Position numbers and translations under genes: made by a program
Notes under the pieces: generated by a model
The model's database searches: none
The model's input: only the letters and a program-made list of their open reading frames with translations
What the model was told of the DNA's origin: nothing
From: Clostridia bacterium
GTDB taxonomy: Bacteria > Bacillota > Clostridia > UBA1212 > UBA1255
Direction: 5' to 3'
DNA: 64,000 nt
NCBI GenBank assembly: GCA_017517275.1
Contig: JAFWZX010000034.1
Span: forward strand, 1,145 to 65,144
Part shown: one piece after another, positions 1-10,313 of the stretch
Position numbering within the stretch: position 1 is the first letter of the stretch
Layout of the letters: each line of letters starts with the position of its first letter

Positions 1-2
1 TT

Positions 3-425
3 ATACAGGCGGCAAAAATAGCCGGTGCTCATGATTTTATCGTAAAGCTCCCTGACGGATACAATACGCAAATCGGTCTGGGATATAAGGATTTGTCAGG
101 GGGAGAGAGGCAAAGAATCTCTATTGCCAGAGCTGTGCTTCTCAATCCAAAGATTCTGATATTAGACGAGGCCACTGCAGCTATGGATACTGAGACGGAG
201 AGAAAAATCCAGACTGCGCTTGAGAAGCTTATCGTGGGCAAGACAACAATCGTAATTGCACATAGATTGTCTACTTTGCGGGATGCAGATAAGTTAATCG
301 TTATAGAAAACGGTAAAATGCCGGAATTTGGCACACACGGTGAGCTGATAAGGCAAAAAGGTATATATTATAAGTTGTATATGTTACAACTTGAGGCACT
401 TAAAAACGTTGGCGTTGCAGAATAA
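3..425 (+). CDS. ABC transporter ATP-binding protein, C-terminal part (5' end outside window)
   Basis: Frame is open from the window start: AHDFIVKLPDGYNT...LSGGERQRISIARA, ILILDEATA (Walker B), IAHRLST (H-loop). Confidence 0.93.
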   Translation: MQAAKIAGAHDFIVKLPDGYNTQIGLGYKDLSGGERQRISIARAVLLNPKILILDEATAAMDTETERKIQTALEKLIVGKTTIVIAHRLSTLRDADKLIVIENGKMPEFGTHGELIRQKGIYYKLYMLQLEALKNVGVAE

Positions 426-437
426 AAGAGGTAGAAT

Positions 438-944
438 ATGGAACAGGATAATAAAAAAGAAGCTTTAAAAATTGTAACAGAAACAAAATATTTCACAAAA
501 GAGGATGCTCTTTTCAAAGATGCAGGAGGCTTCCTTACGTGGGACGGTAATCGCGTTTTTTTGCACAGATGTTTTCCTTTTGAAGAGCCGTGGCGCTATA
601 TAAGTGTACTTGACAAAGATAAGAAGGAAATCGGCATTATTACAGATATTGCAGTATTTGACGACGATACGCAGGAGATTCTTAAAAATGAATTGAACAG
701 AAAATACTACATGCAGACTATCATTTCTGTTGATAAACTCAAAGACAGATACGGTTTTACGTATTGGGACGTTACTACAGAATACGGACATGCCAACTTT
801 ACTTTAAGCGATACACACAGAAATATTGTGAAAATTGCCGAGGACAGACTTATGGTTGTTGATATGGACGGTAATCGCTATCTTATACCCAGCGTGGTTG
901 GATTAGACAAGGGCAGTTATAAAAGAATTGAGTTATATCTGTGA
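438..944 (+). CDS. DUF1854-family protein
   Basis: LHRCFPFEEP..YISVLD...EIGII and YWDVTTEYG..F...D...RL.VVD.DGNRY.IP motifs; lies between two ABC exporter genes. Confidence 0.8.
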   Translation: MEQDNKKEALKIVTETKYFTKEDALFKDAGGFLTWDGNRVFLHRCFPFEEPWRYISVLDKDKKEIGIITDIAVFDDDTQEILKNELNRKYYMQTIISVDKLKDRYGFTYWDVTTEYGHANFTLSDTHRNIVKIAEDRLMVVDMDGNRYLIPSVVGLDKGSYKRIELYL

Positions 945-3214
945 TTATGATGACAGAAAGGCATCATTTACATATGGAAAATACAACTTTTTACAGACAG
1001 CAACTTGTAAATAAACTTATTTCCTGGTCCTGCCCGGTGAAACAGGAGGATATTGTCAGTCTGTTTGATTATGATATGAGTAAGGACATGATTCCGACAG
1101 ACGGAATCGTCTTGCTTACTGACAAAAAGGTTATTCTGATGGCGGATGGCAATATGCAGCATGAAATAGAGCTAAGCGGCATAGATAAATTTGTTTTCCG
1201 TCACGACGTAGGTTCTGTTGCCGTTGAATGTGATATAAAAGAAGGAGAGACAATTGTTCTTTGCCGTGCGACTATGAGCCACAGCAAGCTGCTCGGCCAT
1301 ATGACGAAGAAGTTCAACGTTTATTTGGAAAAAAAAGAATTCTCAGAGGATGAAAATACTTCTCCTGATGACAGATGTCCTATTTGCGGTACTCCGTATA
1401 AGAAAAGACACGGTAAGATATGCACAAACTGCGTCAGCAAAAAAAAGCTGTTTGCCCGGTTGTGGGAGATTATGCGACCTCATAAATGGATGCTGTTGGC
1501 TGGCTCATTGTTTTTTGTTTTTTCTCTGCTTATAAGCCTGATTAATCCGTATATTAATAAAATACTCGTAGATAACTACGTAAACAACCCGGAAATCAAA
1601 TCGCTTATTGAAGATGATAAAACGAAAGTATTCATTGGCTTTTTACTGGCTTTGTTGCTGACTTTGGGGTCCTCGATACTTGGATATCTTATCAATCTTG
1701 CACGAAACCTTATCATGATGAAGGTTGGTGCCGGTACGATTCTTGATCTGAGAAAGATGGTTTTCAATAAGATCCAGATGCTATCAATGTCAGGTCTGTC
1801 AAAGAAGACTACAGGCGAGCTGACTCAAAGAGTTATAAGCGATACCCAGGAAGTGCAGAATTTTATTAACTCTCAGATTCCGAACGTACTTGGTTTGATC
1901 CTTCAGCTTATCGGAGTAAGTGTCATGCTGATTATATATGATTGGCGTTTGCTTATTGTTTTCTTGCTGCCTTTGCCGTTGACCATTATTCCTATGAGAA
2001 TTTTTCACCGCTTTTCAAGAAAAATCTATTCTCGTCAATGGCAGGCATCTTCAAAATGCAACACGATACTTCATGATATTTTTTCGGGAATTCGTGTGGT
2101 AAAAGCTTTCGGTACAGAGGAGAAGGAGACTGTTCGCTATGATGCTGCAGCTCGCAGAGTTAGAGATTTGTCAATCAGAAACGAGACACGCTATGCTTTG
2201 CTAGTTCCTTTTATCAGATTTGGATTGATGATAGGAAATTTCATGGTATTGTACTACACCGGCGTGAAGATTCTTGACGGTTTTATGACGGTTGGTGAAG
2301 CTTCTATGCTGTCGTCTTACGTTGCTATGGTCTATGGTCCTATCAATTGGCTTACTAATATTCCCAATGCGCTGAATCGTGTTTTCACATCAGTTATCAG
2401 GATCTTCGATATTATTGATGAGAAGCCGGATATGATAGATAAGGACAAGACAGTAGATAAAGATATTATAGGTGAGATTGAATTTAAAAATGCAACGTTC
2501 AGCTATGACGGTGTTACAGACGTTCTAAAGAACGTTAATATTAAAATTCGTCCGGGTGAAATGGTTGGTCTTGTCGGTAAATCCGGGGTTGGAAAATCTA
2601 CTTTGATTAACCTTGTAATGCGGTTATATGACGTAAACGACGGATCTATTTATATAGACGGAACAGATATAAGAGATATTTCACAACACTCTCTGCGAAG
2701 CCAGATAGGCGTGGTGCTTCAGGAAACGATATTGTTTTCCGGCTCAGTATACGATAATTTATTGTATGCAAAGGCGGATGCCAGCCGCGAAGAAATAATC
2801 AATGCAGCCAAAACAGCCGGCGCCCATGAGTTTATAATGAGGTTGCCTGATGGATACAATACTATCATAGGGGAAAAAGGCCACACGCTCTCCGGAGGTG
2901 AACGCCAGAGAGTAGCTATCGCAAGAGCCCTACTTAGAAATCCCAGGATACTGATTCTTGACGAGGCTACTGCGTCTTTGGATACTGAGATTGAAAAACA
3001 AATTCAGGATTCGTTACAGCTTCTTATCAAAGACCGTACTACCATTGCCATTGCCCACCGTCTGTCGACCTTAAGAAACGCTGACAGAATAATTGTATTA
3101 GATGAAAAATCAGTTGCTGAAGTAGGTTCCCACGAGGAATTAATGAAACAAAAAGGAATATACTACGGTTTAGTTATGGCACAAAGACAGATGTCGAAGA
3201 TGAGCAGGCAATGA
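941..3214 (+). CDS. ABC exporter (TMD+NBD) with N-terminal extension containing CPICG...CTNC zinc-ribbon motif
   Basis: Hydrophobic TMD, GKSGVGKST Walker A, LSGGERQR signature, LILDEAT. Confidence 0.92.
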   Translation: MIMMTERHHLHMENTTFYRQQLVNKLISWSCPVKQEDIVSLFDYDMSKDMIPTDGIVLLTDKKVILMADGNMQHEIELSGIDKFVFRHDVGSVAVECDIKEGETIVLCRATMSHSKLLGHMTKKFNVYLEKKEFSEDENTSPDDRCPICGTPYKKRHGKICTNCVSKKKLFARLWEIMRPHKWMLLAGSLFFVFSLLISLINPYINKILVDNYVNNPEIKSLIEDDKTKVFIGFLLALLLTLGSSILGYLINLARNLIMMKVGAGTILDLRKMVFNKIQMLSMSGLSKKTTGELTQRVISDTQEVQNFINSQIPNVLGLILQLIGVSVMLIIYDWRLLIVFLLPLPLTIIPMRIFHRFSRKIYSRQWQASSKCNTILHDIFSGIRVVKAFGTEEKETVRYDAAARRVRDLSIRNETRYALLVPFIRFGLMIGNFMVLYYTGVKILDGFMTVGEASMLSSYVAMVYGPINWLTNIPNALNRVFTSVIRIFDIIDEKPDMIDKDKTVDKDIIGEIEFKNATFSYDGVTDVLKNVNIKIRPGEMVGLVGKSGVGKSTLINLVMRLYDVNDGSIYIDGTDIRDISQHSLRSQIGVVLQETILFSGSVYDNLLYAKADASREEIINAAKTAGAHEFIMRLPDGYNTIIGEKGHTLSGGERQRVAIARALLRNPRILILDEATASLDTEIEKQIQDSLQLLIKDRTTIAIAHRLSTLRNADRIIVLDEKSVAEVGSHEELMKQKGIYYGLVMAQRQMSKMSRQ

Positions 3215-3319
3215 GGAAACTCATGCATTTGCGTTGATTGTTAGTTTTTTTTGTGATAAACTGAATAGCGTATACCCGAAAGATATATGATTATACGATT
3301 ATGTATGGGAGGTCTTCTT

Positions 3320-5725
3320 GTGAAAGACAATGCACAAAAGAAAAATAACTCGTCAGCAGGTAAGAATCAATCCGGCATGAAGGTTAAAAACACGAAACGC
3401 ACAAAGGAAATTGCTGCCGTTGTGCTGTTTTTCTTAGGTGTTTTTATGTTTTTTTCTTTCATTAATAAGACAGGTGCCATAGGCAGGCTGACACAGAGTA
3501 TTATGTACGGTATTTTCGGACAGATGGTATCATACGTAGTTATGTGTTTTCTTGTTGTTTTGGCTTGGACGCTTCTGCGTAATACGGCATCGAGAATATT
3601 CGATATTAAAACCTCATCCTTACTTGTGGCCTTTGTTGTGTTGTTAGGCGCGCTTATCCATACTGTATGTCATTCTGCCTCTGAATATGAAGGTTTGTCT
3701 TTCTTTGGATACGTATCTGCATTGTGGAACAGCGATTTTTCCGGGGGGCTGATTGGTGGCTCGATTTGTCTTTTGCTATTTCGGTTTGTAGAAAAAGTTG
3801 GGGCGCTGGTCATCTTGATCCCGGCTACGTTGATCGTTTCTATGCTTCTTTTCTCGCTGTCTCTTATGAATTTTGCTCAAAAGACCGCAGTTGGCTTTTC
3901 ACACGTATCTGCCTGGATATCTTCTGTAAAAAGAAGATTTTCAACCGCCCGTAAGGTTAATAAAGAAAATAATAACGGCTACGATATATACGATGATACG
4001 TATTCCGGGAACAGTGAATTTCCTGTCCCTGCCGATGACAGTGATATAAAATATGAGTCGGCTACTACCAGAAAGCGAAAAAGATTTACAGATGCAGGTA
4101 TTATAGAGGATAGGCAAGAGGTTGAAGATGTATCTAAGGAAGACTCGTATGAAGACGAGGAACTTATCACGGGACCGGACAACCCGCTGCCGCATATTGA
4201 TAAGACTATAAAGACAAAGGGACCGGCAATAGATGCAGCGATAAAGATAACTACAAGTAAACGTGAATTGGAATATGTGAAGCCGCCTGTTACATTGTTA
4301 CAGTCTGTGGAGGAATCAGAGTCTACCGGAACGGAGTACCGTCTTGCCGCTACGAGAACTGCACGCAAGCTTGAAGAAGTAATGAAAAGCTTTGGTATCG
4401 AAGCAAAAGTTATTCACATTTCCCGTGGCTCAAGTATTACAAGGTATGAGTTGCAACCTCATTCCGGAGTAAAGGTTTCCCGAATTAAAGGTTTATCGGA
4501 AGATATTGCCATGAACCTTGCTGCCTCCGGTGTGCGTATTGAAGCTCCGATCCCCGGCAAGGCTGCTATTGGTATTGAGATTCCGAATTCTGAAACAAGG
4601 ACAGTTTATCTTAAGGACCTTGTTGAATCTGACGAGTTTGTAAATCATAAATCACCGCTTGCTTTTTGTTTAGGAGAGGATATAACAGGGGAACCGATTA
4701 TATCGGATATTGCAAAAATGCCCCATCTTCTGATTGCGGGTTCTACCGGTTCCGGTAAGAGTGTGTGCGTAAACTGTATGATCATGAGTCTTCTGTACAG
4801 GTCTTCTCCGGATGACGTCAGATTTATTATGATTGACCCTAAGGTGGTAGAACTTAGTGTGTATAATGGAATCCCGCACTTGCTTATCCCTGTTGTTACT
4901 GAACCTAAGAAAGCTGCCTCTGCGTTGGCTTGGGCAGTACAGGAAATGGAAAACAGATATAAACAATTTTCACAGTTTAATATTCGGGATATTACTTCCT
5001 ACAATGTATATGCTACAAATAATGACATGGAAACTATGCCCAGAATTGTAATCATTGTAGATGAGCTGGCAGATCTTATGATGGTTGCAAGAGACAGCGT
5101 CGAGGAGGCAATCAACAGAATTGCTCAAAAAGCAAGAGCTGCCGGTATGCATTTGATTGTTGCCACGCAAAGGCCGTCTGTCGACGTTGTTACCGGATTG
5201 ATTAAAGCGAATATCTCATCGAGAATAGCATTTAAAGTTGCCTCTCAAGTGGATTCAAAAACCATATTGGATGTCGGAGGTGCAGAGAAGCTTATCGGCC
5301 GAGGTGATATGCTGTATTATCCCAACGGAAGTATGAAATTCACACGTGTTCAAGGCGGATTTGTAAGCGATGGCGAGATTGAGAGTGTGGTTGAGTTTCT
5401 GTCTTCTGCAAATAGTGAATATGAACCGTGTCAGGAATCCTCTGAAATGCTTAATTCTGTTCGTCCTTTGGGAGATAAGAGCGGTAAAGGACCGGAAGAT
5501 TTGGATGAATATTTTGCAAGAGCATTGGCTATTGCAATAGAGTCGAAGAATATTTCTGCCTCATATCTGCAAAGAAGACTTAGTGTGGGCTACAGCCGCG
5601 CATCAAGGCTGATTGACCAAATGGAAGAGCACGGTTATATTAGTTCAAAAGATGGCAATAATCCCAGACACGTTCTTATTGATGAATTGCCGGAAGAGTT
5701 CGCATCGGAAATTGACGGTATCTGA
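3320..5725 (+). CDS. ftsK: DNA translocase FtsK/SpoIIIE
   Basis: N-terminal TM helices; PHLLIAGSTGSGKS, IVDELADLMM, ATQRPSVDV; gamma domain LQRRLSVGYSRASRLID; GGAGG before GTG 3320. Confidence 0.96.
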   Translation: MKDNAQKKNNSSAGKNQSGMKVKNTKRTKEIAAVVLFFLGVFMFFSFINKTGAIGRLTQSIMYGIFGQMVSYVVMCFLVVLAWTLLRNTASRIFDIKTSSLLVAFVVLLGALIHTVCHSASEYEGLSFFGYVSALWNSDFSGGLIGGSICLLLFRFVEKVGALVILIPATLIVSMLLFSLSLMNFAQKTAVGFSHVSAWISSVKRRFSTARKVNKENNNGYDIYDDTYSGNSEFPVPADDSDIKYESATTRKRKRFTDAGIIEDRQEVEDVSKEDSYEDEELITGPDNPLPHIDKTIKTKGPAIDAAIKITTSKRELEYVKPPVTLLQSVEESESTGTEYRLAATRTARKLEEVMKSFGIEAKVIHISRGSSITRYELQPHSGVKVSRIKGLSEDIAMNLAASGVRIEAPIPGKAAIGIEIPNSETRTVYLKDLVESDEFVNHKSPLAFCLGEDITGEPIISDIAKMPHLLIAGSTGSGKSVCVNCMIMSLLYRSSPDDVRFIMIDPKVVELSVYNGIPHLLIPVVTEPKKAASALAWAVQEMENRYKQFSQFNIRDITSYNVYATNNDMETMPRIVIIVDELADLMMVARDSVEEAINRIAQKARAAGMHLIVATQRPSVDVVTGLIKANISSRIAFKVASQVDSKTILDVGGAEKLIGRGDMLYYPNGSMKFTRVQGGFVSDGEIESVVEFLSSANSEYEPCQESSEMLNSVRPLGDKSGKGPEDLDEYFARALAIAIESKNISASYLQRRLSVGYSRASRLIDQMEEHGYISSKDGNNPRHVLIDELPEEFASEIDGI

Positions 5726-5796
5726 CAAAAGATGTATTTTGGACATGTTGGATGCATTGATTATATCCAATAAAAAATTGTCTGTTTAAAAAAATC

Positions 5797-5826
5797 TTGA
5801 CACTGTCTGTTCTGTTGATGTACAAT
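5797..5826 (+). promoter_or_regulatory. sigmaA-type promoter for rny-ymdB-spoVS
   Basis: TTGACA-18 nt-TACAAT. Confidence 0.6.
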
Positions 5827-5904
5827 GTTCAAGATATGTAGATATAGCATTGTAAATATGTTTGATATATAAATGCGGTACATTGATAAAATTATAGAAG
5901 GGGA

Positions 5905-7488
5905 GTGGTCCTTGTGGATCCATTGTATATTGTTCTCCCCTTGATTTCAGCAACAGTTGTTGGTTGCATTTGTTGGTTTATTGCAAGAAATAGGTCCTTT
6001 AAAAAAGGGTATAATACACGAAAGGTCGAGGCGGAGGCTATCTTTGGAAGCGCCGAGGCTGAGGGTAAGCGTATCGTAAGCGAAGCTGTTAAGGAAGGCG
6101 AAGCTAAGAAACGCGAATTCTTGTTACTTGCTAAGGAAGAAATACACAAAAGCAGAATTGAACTGGAAAGAGAAATTAAGGACAGGAGAAGTGAACTTCA
6201 AAGAAGTGAACGTCGATTGATTCAAAAAGAAGAGAGTCTTGATAAAAAGCAAGAATCTCTTGAGGCTAAAGAGGCTGTTGCAGCCACTAAGATTGCCGAA
6301 GCTGCGAAGTATGAAGAGGAAATCAAGAATACTCTCGACAAGCAGATTGAGGAATTACAGAGAATTGCAGGCATGTCCAAAGAAGAAGCCAAGGCTTTAT
6401 TGCTTTCTAACGTAGAGCAGGAGCTGCAACACGAGACGGTAATGCTTGTTAAAGAGTTTGAGCAAAAGTGCAAAGACGAGTCTAATGAAAAAGCTCGTGA
6501 GATCATTGCTACAGCTATTCAGAAATGTGCGGTTAACTATGTTTCCGAAGCTACTATTTCAGTAGTAGAACTTCCTAATGATGATATGAAGGGACGTATT
6601 ATCGGAAGAGAAGGACGTAATATCAGAACACTTGAGACGCTCACCGGCATTGATTTGATTATTGACGATACTCCGGAATCAGTTATTTTGTCCGGTTATG
6701 ATCCGATCAGAAGAGAGGTTGCAAGACTTGCTCTTGAGAAACTTATCGTTGACGGTCGTATCCATCCTGCACGCATTGAGGAAATGGTTGAGAAAGCAAA
6801 GAAGGAAGTTGACCACATCATCAAGCAGGAAGGCGAGAATGCAACTTATGAAACAGGTGTATTCGGACTCCATTCAGAGATTATTAAACTGCTTGGCAGA
6901 CTCAAATATCGTACAAGCTACGGACAGAGTGTTCTTATTCATTCTATTGAAGTATCACGCTTGGCGGGCATTATGGCAGCTGAACTTGGTGTAGACGTTG
7001 CTTTGGCAAAGAGAGCCGGATTGCTTCACGATATAGGTAAGTCTATTGACTTTGAAATGGAAGGCTCACATATTGAAATCGGCGCAGATATTGCTAAGAA
7101 ATACAAAGAGGGTGACGTTGTCGTCAACTCTATTATGTCTCACCACGGTGATGCAGAACCCGAATCTGTTATTGCAGTACTTGTACAGGCAGCAGATGCT
7201 ATATCGGCATCAAGACCCGGAGCCAGACGAGAGACTCTTGAATCTTATATTAAGAGACTTGAGAAGCTCGAATCGATTGCAAATTCATTCCCCGGCATTG
7301 AGAAGACGTATGCTATTCAGGCTGGCCGAGAGATACGTATCATGGTTAAACCTGACGCTATCTCAGATGATGCAATGGTTATGACTTGTCGCGATATCGT
7401 TAAGAAAATAGAAGATGAGATGGAATATCCCGGACAGATTAAGGTTACTATGATAAGAGAGACCAGATCTGTTGAATATGCTAAATAA
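5905..7488 (+). CDS. rny: Ribonuclease Y
   Basis: N-terminal TM, coiled coil, KH domain ([14 protein letters not shown]), HD domain (GLLHDIGK), [12 protein letters not shown]. Confidence 0.98.
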   Translation: MVLVDPLYIVLPLISATVVGCICWFIARNRSFKKGYNTRKVEAEAIFGSAEAEGKRIVSEAVKEGEAKKREFLLLAKEEIHKSRIELEREIKDRRSELQRSERRLIQKEESLDKKQESLEAKEAVAATKIAEAAKYEEEIKNTLDKQIEELQRIAGMSKEEAKALLLSNVEQELQHETVMLVKEFEQKCKDESNEKAREIIATAIQKCAVNYVSEATISVVELPNDDMKGRIIGREGRNIRTLETLTGIDLIIDDTPESVILSGYDPIRREVARLALEKLIVDGRIHPARIEEMVEKAKKEVDHIIKQEGENATYETGVFGLHSEIIKLLGRLKYRTSYGQSVLIHSIEVSRLAGIMAAELGVDVALAKRAGLLHDIGKSIDFEMEGSHIEIGADIAKKYKEGDVVVNSIMSHHGDAEPESVIAVLVQAADAISASRPGARRETLESYIKRLEKLESIANSFPGIEKTYAIQAGREIRIMVKPDAISDDAMVMTCRDIVKKIEDEMEYPGQIKVTMIRETRSVEYAK

Positions 7489-7512
7489 GCAGATATAACA
7501 AGCTGATATAAA

Positions 7513-8298
7513 ATGAGTATTAACGTTTTATTTATTGGAGATATTTTTGCAAAGACAGGCCGCACTTGCGTAAGCAAGTTGCTGCCTGTTTTGTTAGAAG
7601 AATATAAAATAGATTACGTAATTGCAAATTGTGAAAACGCCTCTCACGGAAGAGGCTTATCAATGGCTGCCGCTGATGAGATTCTTCAGGCCGGTGTGAA
7701 TTTTATTACAATGGGAAATCACACTTGGAACAATAAAGAAATTTTTGATTTCATAGATAGTTATCCTATCGTCAGACCTGCCAACTTTTCACAAGATTTA
7801 CCAGGTAAGGGCTCTTGCGTTCAAAGTACTATATTTGGCCCTATTGGCATTTTGAATTTATCCGGACGTGTATATATGGATCCGTGTGATAATCCCTTTG
7901 AATGTGCGTTGAAACATATTTACAAGCTTAGAGAACAAACGGGCATTATTTTCGTGGATTTTCACGCAGAAGCTACAGCAGAAAAGCTCGCTTTGGCATC
8001 ATACATTGACGGACTTGTAACGGCTGTTATCGGTACGCATACACATGTTGCTACGGCAGATGAACGTTTGCTGCCTGGGGGGACTGCTTTTATAACTGAC
8101 GTTGGGATGACAGGTCCGCATGACAGTATTATCGGTATGAAAAAAACAGGTGTTATAAATAAATTTGTTATGGGAATACCGCAAGTTTTCGAACCGGCTA
8201 CCGCTCGGGCACAGTTAAATGCAGTTTTGATTAGCGTTGACGAAAAAAACGGATTTGCGAATAGCATAGAAAGAATATCAAGAAATTTTGGGAAATAA
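7513..8298 (+). CDS. ymdB: YmdB-family metallophosphoesterase
   Basis: FIGDI, ANCENA, TMGNHTW, DFHAEATAEK, GTHTHV; immediately downstream of rny. Confidence 0.95.
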   Translation: MSINVLFIGDIFAKTGRTCVSKLLPVLLEEYKIDYVIANCENASHGRGLSMAAADEILQAGVNFITMGNHTWNNKEIFDFIDSYPIVRPANFSQDLPGKGSCVQSTIFGPIGILNLSGRVYMDPCDNPFECALKHIYKLREQTGIIFVDFHAEATAEKLALASYIDGLVTAVIGTHTHVATADERLLPGGTAFITDVGMTGPHDSIIGMKKTGVINKFVMGIPQVFEPATARAQLNAVLISVDEKNGFANSIERISRNFGK

Positions 8299-8373
8299 TT
8301 GGGAAATAATAGACCTTTGATTTGTTTATGTGTATTATACGCTTTACAAATTAAACAAACGGAGGTTTTTTAT

Positions 8374-8652
8374 ATGAAAACAATCAGAGTATCATCAACA
8401 ACAAAGTGTGTACTGTTGGCAAACAGCATGACTTCAATGTTATTGGAGACCGGTACGGTGCAACTATCTGCTATAGGAGCGGCTGCTGTTAATCAGGCGG
8501 TAAAGGGGGTTGCTATCGCAAGAGGAATGATGTCGACTTACGGACACGATATTGTATGCAGACCGTCTTTCCGTAATACATTTCTTGACGGAGTGGAAAA
8601 GACTGTAATGGATATCTCTATTGAGGATTGTGATATGGGATGTGCGCAGTAA
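8374..8652 (+). CDS. spoVS: Stage V sporulation protein S (divergent)
   Basis: AIGAAAVNQAVKGVAIARG motif; rny-ymdB-spoVS synteny; GGAGG RBS before ATG 8374. Confidence 0.85.
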   Translation: MKTIRVSSTTKCVLLANSMTSMLLETGTVQLSAIGAAAVNQAVKGVAIARGMMSTYGHDIVCRPSFRNTFLDGVEKTVMDISIEDCDMGCAQ

Positions 8653-8805
8653 ATAATTCTTACAGAAAACGTATTCTGATCCGACGCTCCTGCAACAACA
8701 TATGTTTTTATGACGGAATTAATATAATTTTAATAAAGTTAATAGTTATAGGGTGAATAACAGTACATTTAAAATGGTATAATTAGGAAAAAAGATTGTG
8801 AGTAT

Positions 8806-10236
8806 ATGAAAAAAAGAATAATAGTCATTTTGAATATTTTAATATTGTTAGTTCTTATTTTTGCCGCCTGCAGTTTGCGACGTGGCAGGGATGATGTTCA
8901 GACTATTACTTTTTGGCACTCATATCAAGGGTATCAACAGCAAATATTAGATCGCATGGCAGAAACGTATAACAGTACGGTAGGTGCTGAGAATGGAGTA
9001 AAAATTGTTTGCGAATTTGCAGGAGAGGACAAAGCAATTGCATCCAAATTCAAAACTTCCTTTGAATCAGAAACAGCGCAAGAGACACTCCCAAACATAG
9101 CAATGCTCCCTAAATATACAGCATACACAGCAGTAAAATACGGATTGATTACGTATGCGGAAAGTTATATGACTGATGAAGAACTTTCTAAATATTTTGA
9201 GGGTTTTTTACAAGAAGGACGTCTTTCTATTGACTCCGGAACGTATATTTTTCCTGTTTCCAAAAAACTGGAACAGACTATTATCAACAAAGACCTGTGG
9301 CGGGAGTTTATATCAACCTATCGAGTGTTTTCGGAACGTTCCTTTAACTCGTGGGATGAGCTGATGAGGATGGCAGAGGCTTATTATAATTGGACGGATG
9401 AAATGACCCCTGAGATTCAAAATGACGGCAAAGCTTTCTTTGCTATAGAATCTTTAGAATCATTTATTTATACATACACCAACCAACGTATGCCTTCTTT
9501 GATTCAATCAGGATATAATGAGATTACCATAAATGCAAATAAGGATACTTTTCGCGAGATTTGGGAGTTATATCATTGCGGAGTTATTAAGGGTTATATT
9601 TCTGTTAACAGCAATGTGTCGGAAGCGCTTCAACACGGCGATATCGTATGTTATATAGGATCTCCCGGAAAGATTAAATATTCTTCAAAATATTTGGATT
9701 TTAACGGTAAGGAACAGAATCTTAATATTATGTCAGCTCCGTATCCTACCGTGTATGAAAATAGGGTTGTGGTTCCTCAATCGGGAGATGGCGCGGTTGT
9801 TGTTGATAAAGGAGATAAAGCTAACAGGGCAGCTTATGACTTTTTAAAATGGGTTACATCTAATCAGAATATAATATATATCTGTCTTGCCGGATATGAA
9901 GTTCCGTCTTGTATAGACGTGACATCTTCTCAGGAAACGCTTGATGAGATTGCTACACTTTTTACAAAAAATAATTTGCAGTACAATCTTGTGGTATGTG
10001 AATATAACCAGGCACTAACGTACAATACTTATGCTCCGGTGGCTTTTACAGATAGTGACAAGTTGGGTAAGAATATAAGCAAATTCTTGCTTAACTCTTC
10101 AAAAGCCGGGCGATCTACGTTACAATCGTACATAGAAGGGGGAGCCTCATACAAAGAGGCCATTGAGATTGTTTGTGCAGATGCAGTGTTTGAACAGTGG
10201 TTTGTAGGTATTTTGGATTTTGTTGAAGGTTTTTAA
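8806..10236 (+). CDS. Orphan extracellular solute-binding lipoprotein (family 1-like)
   Basis: Lipobox FAAC, ITFWHSY, AAYDFLKW; no adjacent permease. Confidence 0.8.
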   Translation: MKKRIIVILNILILLVLIFAACSLRRGRDDVQTITFWHSYQGYQQQILDRMAETYNSTVGAENGVKIVCEFAGEDKAIASKFKTSFESETAQETLPNIAMLPKYTAYTAVKYGLITYAESYMTDEELSKYFEGFLQEGRLSIDSGTYIFPVSKKLEQTIINKDLWREFISTYRVFSERSFNSWDELMRMAEAYYNWTDEMTPEIQNDGKAFFAIESLESFIYTYTNQRMPSLIQSGYNEITINANKDTFREIWELYHCGVIKGYISVNSNVSEALQHGDIVCYIGSPGKIKYSSKYLDFNGKEQNLNIMSAPYPTVYENRVVVPQSGDGAVVVDKGDKANRAAYDFLKWVTSNQNIIYICLAGYEVPSCIDVTSSQETLDEIATLFTKNNLQYNLVVCEYNQALTYNTYAPVAFTDSDKLGKNISKFLLNSSKAGRSTLQSYIEGGASYKEAIEIVCADAVFEQWFVGILDFVEGF

Positions 10237-10313
10237 CCTCCTGTATATGACCTGTTTGATGAGGTACAAAATCATGGCATTATGAAATTCACGGCTGAGT
10301 AGCTATATCGTAG

